From a virus, in the IMG/VR virus record IMGVR_UViG_3300028844_007948, positions 64,001 to 128,000 of that record: a stretch of DNA of 64,000 bases. One strand, written 5' to 3'. The translations under genes were made by a program, and so were the position numbers. Shown piece after piece: positions 58,253 to 64,000 of the stretch (position 1 is the stretch's first letter; every line of letters starts with the position of its first letter). The notes beneath the pieces are model-generated. The model did not search any database. It was not told where the DNA came from and saw only the letters and a list, made by a program, of their open reading frames with translations.

Positions 58253-58993
58253 ATGATACCTTTATTTAAGTCTGATTTTTCAATAGGCAAAAGTATACTT
58301 AGGTTAGATAAAAGATCTTTCGAGGAGGAGTCTGATTCAAATATATTTAAAATTTTATCAGATAGTAAAGAGAAAAACCTTGTTTTAGTAGAGGATACTA
58401 TGATAGGCTTTTTGGAAGCTTATAATAATTCATTAGAACTTGGTTTTAATTTAATATTTGGAGTGAATATTCTTTGTAATTCTTCGATTAACCCTCAAGA
58501 AAAAGATAAATATATAATTTTTGCGAGAAATGAGCATGGATGTAAAATTTTAAATAAAATATATAGCTTTATACATTCAGAGAGGAATGGCTCTATAGAT
58601 TTACCTGATTTAAAAAAGTTCTGGACTGAAGATTTAGTTTTATATGTGCCTTTTTATGATTCGTTTATCTATAATAACTTCATGTATTTTTCTGAAAGTG
58701 CTCCAGATTTAAGCTTCTTTAATCCTTGTTTTTTTATACAAGATAACGGTTTACCTTTTGATTTAATGTTAAAAGAGATGGTGGAAAATTATATAAATTT
58801 TAATAATTACAAATCTATTTTGAGCAAAAGTATTTATTATAATAAAAAAAATGATTTTTCGGCATATCAAGTTTATAAATGTTTATGCTCTAGAAATTTC
58901 TCTCAAAATTCATCTTTAGAAAAGCCCAACCTAGATCATTGTTCTAGCGATGAATTCTCTTATGAAAGTTATTTGCAGTATGAAAGCTCTTAA
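58253..58993 (+). CDS. Stand-alone PHP domain of DNA polymerase III alpha
   Basis: PLFKSDFSIGKSIL..LVEDTMIGF..LIFGV..IIFARNEHGCKILNKIYS matches the DnaE N-terminus. Confidence 0.8.
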   Translation: MIPLFKSDFSIGKSILRLDKRSFEEESDSNIFKILSDSKEKNLVLVEDTMIGFLEAYNNSLELGFNLIFGVNILCNSSINPQEKDKYIIFARNEHGCKILNKIYSFIHSERNGSIDLPDLKKFWTEDLVLYVPFYDSFIYNNFMYFSESAPDLSFFNPCFFIQDNGLPFDLMLKEMVENYINFNNYKSILSKSIYYNKKNDFSAYQVYKCLCSRNFSQNSSLEKPNLDHCSSDEFSYESYLQYESS

Positions 58994-59939
58994 ATATTCA
59001 GATATTTGTTTAATACCAAATTACAGTGAAGTACACAGCAGGGTTGACTGTGATGCTTCTGTAAATCTTTTTGGAAAAAAATTTCTATTACCGATTATTC
59101 CTGCGAATATGAAATCCGTAATAGATATGCGTACATGTGAGTGGATGAGCTCACATGGCTTTTTCTACATTATGCATCGCTTTGATCGTGATTTAGCTGA
59201 AGATGTTGCCAATGCTCAAGAGTGGGATAACATTTCATTTAGTGTCGGAGTTAAGATGCAAGATAAGATGGCTATTCAAAAAATCAGCAAGAGAGGCCAT
59301 CGAGTTGATTACTTAACTATCGATATTGCTCACGGTTATTGCCAGCGAATGAAGTCAACTATTGAATGTATAAAAAAACATCTCCCAGATACAAAAATTA
59401 TTGCTGGGAATGTTGCTACTTCTGATGCGGTAAGGCAATTATCTAATTGGGGAGCTGACATTGTAAAAGTTGGAATTGGTCAAGGCTCTCCATGTACCAC
59501 TAAAGATAAGACGGGATTCACTATGCCTATGTTCACTTGCGTTCAACAATGCTCTCAAATTTCCTCGAATCACATAGATAGTGTTCCAATCATTGCTGAT
59601 GGTGGTATTCGCTGTAATGGTGATGTAGCTAAAGCTTTAGTTGCTGGAGCTACCATGGCAATGGCTGGCAGCTTGTTTGCTGCTTGCACCGATAGTCCTG
59701 CTTCAGTTATTACTATTAACGGTCTTGAGCATAAAGCTTATTTTGGCTCTGCTAGTATTGAAAACAAAGGACACAACAACAATGTAGAGGGTAAATTAAA
59801 TCAAATACCAAACAGTGGAATGACTTATGGTGAAAAATTAAACGAAATCACCCAAGACCTCCAGAGTTCTATTAGTTATGCTGGTGGTCAAACACTATCT
59901 TGCTTGGCTCCACGTGAAGTTAAATATTATGAAGTATGA
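58980..59939 (+). CDS. guaC: GMP reductase
   Basis: YSDICLIP, PANM, MHRF, TIDIAHG, IAGNV, KVGIGQGSPCTT, IIADGGIR, LQSSISYAGG; ATG at 58980. Confidence 0.92.
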   Translation: MKALKYSDICLIPNYSEVHSRVDCDASVNLFGKKFLLPIIPANMKSVIDMRTCEWMSSHGFFYIMHRFDRDLAEDVANAQEWDNISFSVGVKMQDKMAIQKISKRGHRVDYLTIDIAHGYCQRMKSTIECIKKHLPDTKIIAGNVATSDAVRQLSNWGADIVKVGIGQGSPCTTKDKTGFTMPMFTCVQQCSQISSNHIDSVPIIADGGIRCNGDVAKALVAGATMAMAGSLFAACTDSPASVITINGLEHKAYFGSASIENKGHNNNVEGKLNQIPNSGMTYGEKLNEITQDLQSSISYAGGQTLSCLAPREVKYYEV

Positions 59940-60106
59940 ATAAGAAAAAATTAAAATTAATTAAAAGTATAATCTCCTATGATGAGTCTATAGAAGAGCA
60001 TAAGAGAGCACTTAGGGTGATTAAGAAGGCTTACGATAAAACCCCATCTAATCTAAAGTCTCAATTCATAGCAGAAGTTAAGGAAACTTTTAAAATCGAT
60101 GAATGA
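59936..60106 (+). CDS. Small hypothetical protein, 56 aa (not in the ORF track)
   Basis: MNKKKLKLIKSIISYDESIEEHKRALRVIKKAY...; overlaps both neighbours. Confidence 0.6.
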   Translation: MNKKKLKLIKSIISYDESIEEHKRALRVIKKAYDKTPSNLKSQFIAEVKETFKIDE

Positions 60107-60740
60107 AAATTTACTTAGATTCAAAAAAGATCAAAAATTTCTTGTCTTTGATTATGAAACTTGCAACTTAAACTTAAGTAGTTTTGAAAATAAACCTTGG
60201 CAAATTGGTTTCATTTTGTTAAAAGGGTCGAATGTAATAAATAAATATAATTTACTTATTGGTTGGGATGATTTAAATATTTCTTCAGATGCTGCGAGAA
60301 TAACTAATTTTTCCAAATCAAAATATGAAAAAGAAAAAAAGGATGCTTCTTATTGTTTAGATCTTTTCGATAAATATCTTTATGACGAAAGTTATCTTGT
60401 AGTGGGTCACAACATTCTCGGTTTTGACATTTTCATGCATAATATACATCGGAAACTTTGCGGTAAACCTACGGATTATTCTTATATTGATAGGGCCATT
60501 GATACTAACTGCCTAGCCCGTGCTGTCAAGAATGACATTCATTACAATGATTCAATTAATTTAATATCCTGGCAATACAAATTGCTTAATTACAGAAAAA
60601 GAGGTGTTAAAACTAATTTAAAACAATTATGTAAGGATTATTCTATTGATTTTGATGACTCAATGTTGCATGATGCTCTTTATGATGTCGAAAAAACTTC
60701 AGAAGTTCTACAAAAAATGTTATGGCAGCTAGAAATATAG
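60099..60740 (+). CDS. dnaQ: DEDDh 3'-5' exonuclease (Pol III epsilon-like)
   Basis: FDYET, GHNILGFD, IDT, HDALYD. Confidence 0.88.
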   Translation: MNENLLRFKKDQKFLVFDYETCNLNLSSFENKPWQIGFILLKGSNVINKYNLLIGWDDLNISSDAARITNFSKSKYEKEKKDASYCLDLFDKYLYDESYLVVGHNILGFDIFMHNIHRKLCGKPTDYSYIDRAIDTNCLARAVKNDIHYNDSINLISWQYKLLNYRKRGVKTNLKQLCKDYSIDFDDSMLHDALYDVEKTSEVLQKMLWQLEI

Positions 60741-63289
60741 ATCTTAATTTCCTTAATCAATTTTCTTCTTACGAAGGTTGCATACCTCCAGGGGTTAGAC
60801 TTCCAGAGATTAAAATTGAATCAAAATATTATAAGAAACTAAATTTAAAAAATACAATATCTAATTTTGATTTCCTTAAAAATATTTGTGAAGAATCTTT
60901 GTTAAAAAAGTCTATTCAAAAAAATAAACTATCACAATACCAAGAAAGACTTGATTACGAGCTTAATACATTAAATGATTTAGGTTTCGTAGATTATATT
61001 TTGCTGAATTGGGATATAATTAATTTTTGTTACGAAAATAATATCCCTACTGGTCCAGGCAGGGGTTCTGCCGCAGGAAGTCTAATTTTATATTTAATAG
61101 GGGTGACAAAGGTTGATCCTATTAAATATGATTTGTTTTTCGAGAGGTTTGTTTCGAAAAGTAGAGCTAGAAAGATAGAAAAAGATGGAGTAGTATATTT
61201 AGATGGAAGCCTTCTCGCTGATATTGATAATGATATAGCTTATGAGCATAGGCAATCAGTAATATCTTATATAGAAAAAAAATACCCATCAAGAACTGCA
61301 AAAATCCTTACCCTTAATACTCTTAGTGGTAAATTATGTATTAAAGAATGTTCTAAAATAGTAGCTCAAGTATCAGAGCAGGATGCAAATTTCTTAAGTG
61401 ACACTATACCAAAGCAATATGGAAATGTCGCTAAACTTTCAGATGCATATAATGAAAGTGAAAAATTCAAAAGTTTTTGTGATAAAAATCCAAAAGTTTA
61501 TGATATTTCCCTAAAACTAGAAGGTCTAAAGAAAAACACGGGCATTCATCCTTCTGGAATCGCCATTTGCTTTGAGGAGATATCAAACATATGTCCAGTT
61601 CAAAAATCTAACGATGGCTCCTTGGTTACTGGGTATGACATGAATTGGGTTTCAGAACTAATGGTTAAGTTTGATATACTCGGTTTAAGAACTTTGTCTG
61701 CTATTTATTCTTCTTGCGAAAGACTTGGTATTGACCCTTCAGAAATAGATCTTGACTCTAAATATATTTATGAAAATCTAGATGACTTAAGAACTCCTCA
61801 TGGCCTATTTCAAATCGAGGCTAGTGCTAATTATATGGTTTGCAAAAAAATTAGACCTACTAGTTTAGAACAGTTGAGTGCTGTTATAGCCATTGCTAGG
61901 CCTGGAGCTATGGACTTCGCAGATTCATATAAAAATTATAGAGAATCTGGAGATCATCAAAGTGTTGATGAGTTTTTTGATGATGTCCTGTCTTATACTG
62001 GTGGCATACCTCTTTACCAAGAGCAATTAATGAAGATGGCAGTAAAAGTAGGCTTTAGTTTAGAAGAATCTGAACAACTAAGAAGGATTGTTGGCAAAAA
62101 GAAGGTTAAAGAAATGCCGAAGTGGAAAAAGAAAATAGAAAAAAAAGTTAAATCAAATAAACTTTCCGAAAAAGTTGGAGATGTTTTATGGAAAGTTGCA
62201 GAGGATAGTGCTAACTATTCTTTCAATAAGAGTCATTCTATTTCATATTCAATACTAGCAGCTTGGACGATATATCTAAAGTTCAAATATCCAAAAGAAT
62301 TTTTTCTTAGTCTACTTAGGATGACTAAATATGAACCTTCTCCGCAAGACGAGATTAATAAAGTTTCTCAAGAGTTACCCCATTTCGGAATAAAACTATT
62401 AGCTCCAGACTTAGCTGTATCTGAAATGGATTTTAGTACAGAAGGCGATGATATAAGATTTGGTCTTAATAGTATAAAAGGAATTAGCGAAAAATCTTTA
62501 GAGAGATTAAAAGAGTTTAGAAGCTCTTCTAAGCCGAATAAGTACGACACTTTTCTTGCTGCAAAAGAGTCTGGCCTAAATATAGGAGTTCTTTCTGCAT
62601 TGATCCAAGCTGGAGCCTTATCATCTTTTAAAACTAATCGACCACGGCTAGTTCTAGAGGCTCAAGTTTTTAATTTACTTACAGATAGAGAGAAAAGAAT
62701 ATTTATAAATTCCGCAAAGAAATATAATTATGATATCCTCAACTCTATTCATGATGCGGTACAGAATAAACTAGTAGGAGACGATAACAAACCAATTATG
62801 AAGGATAGTAGGTTTGAAACTTTAAAATCTAAATATCGCTCATATAAATCTATATACGAAAAAAATAAAAAGTATGAAGATTTTGCGAATTGGTTTTTTG
62901 AAAAAACTTTATTAGGTTTTAGTTACAGTAAGAATCTTTCAGATTGTTTCGGTCTTAATAGAAACTTTAAAAACTCCTTATTTTTTAATTCTTGTGAGCT
63001 TGGAGACAAAGGTAAATACATAGGTGTGGTTGAAGATGTCATATCCAGAAAGAGCAAGAAAAATAATCAATATGTAAAAATGACTATAGGGGATGAATAC
63101 GGAAGATACGAAGCTCTTCTTTTAGACGGAAGGGAAAAATCTCTAACTAAGTTTTTGTCTAAAAATCAGACTCCAGAAAAAAATAATATAATTATATTGC
63201 TTGGCTCAAAAGGGGAAGATATATTATTTGTCAATGAAGCATCTATTATTGATGAAAAAATTTATATGAAACTTTCTGATATAAAATAA
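60722..63289 (+). CDS. dnaE: DNA polymerase III alpha catalytic subunit, lacking the PHP domain
   Basis: ERLDYEL, GPGRGSAAGSL, LFFERF, ADIDND, HPSG, KFDILGL, YQEQ, YSFNKSH, RFGLNSIKGI. Confidence 0.95.
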   Translation: MAARNIDLNFLNQFSSYEGCIPPGVRLPEIKIESKYYKKLNLKNTISNFDFLKNICEESLLKKSIQKNKLSQYQERLDYELNTLNDLGFVDYILLNWDIINFCYENNIPTGPGRGSAAGSLILYLIGVTKVDPIKYDLFFERFVSKSRARKIEKDGVVYLDGSLLADIDNDIAYEHRQSVISYIEKKYPSRTAKILTLNTLSGKLCIKECSKIVAQVSEQDANFLSDTIPKQYGNVAKLSDAYNESEKFKSFCDKNPKVYDISLKLEGLKKNTGIHPSGIAICFEEISNICPVQKSNDGSLVTGYDMNWVSELMVKFDILGLRTLSAIYSSCERLGIDPSEIDLDSKYIYENLDDLRTPHGLFQIEASANYMVCKKIRPTSLEQLSAVIAIARPGAMDFADSYKNYRESGDHQSVDEFFDDVLSYTGGIPLYQEQLMKMAVKVGFSLEESEQLRRIVGKKKVKEMPKWKKKIEKKVKSNKLSEKVGDVLWKVAEDSANYSFNKSHSISYSILAAWTIYLKFKYPKEFFLSLLRMTKYEPSPQDEINKVSQELPHFGIKLLAPDLAVSEMDFSTEGDDIRFGLNSIKGISEKSLERLKEFRSSSKPNKYDTFLAAKESGLNIGVLSALIQAGALSSFKTNRPRLVLEAQVFNLLTDREKRIFINSAKKYNYDILNSIHDAVQNKLVGDDNKPIMKDSRFETLKSKYRSYKSIYEKNKKYEDFANWFFEKTLLGFSYSKNLSDCFGLNRNFKNSLFFNSCELGDKGKYIGVVEDVISRKSKKNNQYVKMTIGDEYGRYEALLLDGREKSLTKFLSKNQTPEKNNIIILLGSKGEDILFVNEASIIDEKIYMKLSDIK

Positions 63290-64000
63290 ATGGAAAAATA
63301 TAATCTAACTCCTAGGGTTCAAAAAATAATATCTACAGCTAAAGAGACTTCAATTAATCTAAGATGCGAGTCTATAGATTTAGATCATTTACTCTTTGCT
63401 ATATTAGACAGCGGCCAATCTACAATAGTTAATTTCTTTGAAGATCTTAATGTGTCTATTGATGATTTTAAAACTTTTGTTTTCAACAATATTGAGAACG
63501 ACTTTTTTTCAACTGATAAAGGGGAATGTCCACAGCCAGATTACTCGCAAGATTTTAAAAAAATATTTAAAGATTCAAAATCTTTATCTTCTAGCTTTAA
63601 ACATTCATATATAGGCGTTGAGCACGTTTTTTACACCTTAATGGTTCATCCTAACTCTCCTCTAAATGAATTTTTTGAAACATTCAAAGTAAGTCCAAAA
63701 AAATCTAGCGAAAAACTTAAAAACTTTTTTAAAACTGGAGAGTGGGACAGATCTGGTAAAAGAAAGAATCTAGAGCCTCAAGTTAAAAGACAAAAATCTC
63801 CTGTCCCTCAGGATCCAAACAATGCGTCATCCTTGGATTTGTTTGCTAAAAATTACAATATATTAGCTCTCAAGGGTCAGTTTGATAAAGTCATTTGCAA
63901 AGAAGATCAGTTAAATAAAATTTCTGAAATTTTATGTAGAAGAAACAAAAACAATCCGATTTTAGTTGGGCCTCCTGGAACTGGGAAGACTACCTTGGTT
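63290..64000 (+). CDS. ClpA/ClpB/ClpC-family AAA+ chaperone, 3'-truncated
   Basis: ATG 63290: MEKYNLTPRVQKII..DHLLFAIL..YIGVEH (Clp N repeats), then RRNKNNPILVGPPGTGKTT. Confidence 0.9.
   Translation, partial: MEKYNLTPRVQKIISTAKETSINLRCESIDLDHLLFAILDSGQSTIVNFFEDLNVSIDDFKTFVFNNIENDFFSTDKGECPQPDYSQDFKKIFKDSKSLSSSFKHSYIGVEHVFYTLMVHPNSPLNEFFETFKVSPKKSSEKLKNFFKTGEWDRSGKRKNLEPQVKRQKSPVPQDPNNASSLDLFAKNYNILALKGQFDKVICKEDQLNKISEILCRRNKNNPILVGPPGTGKTTLV

Noticed and set aside
58980-59939. 2-aminoadenine or 7-deazaguanine DNA-modification pathway
   Set aside because: No PurZ, MazZ, DatZ, FolE, QueCDE or DpdA recognisable in the window.
129-62550. Short antisense or nested ORFs in the track (e.g. 129-317, 1664-1930, 5081-5431, 16224-16670, 30999-31397, 54780-55070, 57752-58192)
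   Set aside because: They lie wholly within well-supported genes, have shadow-frame composition and show no motifs.
39467-63289. Inteins or introns in nrdA, recA, dnaB or dnaE
   Set aside because: Lengths are normal, motifs are contiguous, and no LAGLIDADG or splice-junction signatures were seen.
1-64000. Stop-codon reassignment or alternative genetic code
   Set aside because: Conserved genes (nrdA, dnaE, dnaB, gmd) are full length in code 11, and TAA, TAG and TGA all end genes cleanly.
1-64000. tRNA, rRNA, CRISPR array, IS element or integrase
   Set aside because: Spacers are short and AT-rich; I saw no cloverleaf, repeat-spacer array or transposase. This was a by-eye scan only.

Overview
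AT-rich (about 30% GC by eye), gene-dense segment of a large tailed dsDNA bacteriophage read in standard code 11. I saw no tRNA, rRNA, CRISPR array, integrase or transposase. Layout: (1) 1-14.6 kb, virion/tail-associated genes (FN3-containing tail-tip protein, Ala-rich stalk protein, LRR-like protein, tube-like protein, repeat-rich fibre). (2) 14.6-19.5 kb, a minus-strand block with dUTPase, dNMP kinase, a phage sigma factor, SSB and a GT-B glycosyltransferase. (3) 19.6-39.3 kb, a roughly 20 kb, 24-gene glycan-biosynthesis island with about 11 glycosyltransferases, 2 FkbM methyltransferases, a deacetylase, NeuA/NeuB, dehydratase/aminotransferase/GNAT, Ugd and Gmd/Fcl, but no flippase, polymerase or membrane initiator. 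(4) 39.5-46.9 kb, class I RNR whose beta subunit has the class Ic signature (Glu ligand, no radical Tyr), with accessory genes between nrdA and nrdB. (5) 47-64 kb, RecA, DnaB, primase, PD-(D/E)xK nucleases, an orphan cassette including a mucin-like protein, a split DnaE (separate PHP gene, guaC and epsilon interposed) and a partial ClpA/B/C ATPase. Two promoter classes are visible: a phage-type GTGTA-N9-11-ATG motif and sigma70-like TTGnnn-16/17-TAnnnT elements, several apparently leaderless. The best candidate for an undescribed system is cytoplasmic, phage-encoded glycan synthesis (including a nonulosonic acid) acting on virion or host proteins. All family calls come from motif recognition by eye; no searches were run.
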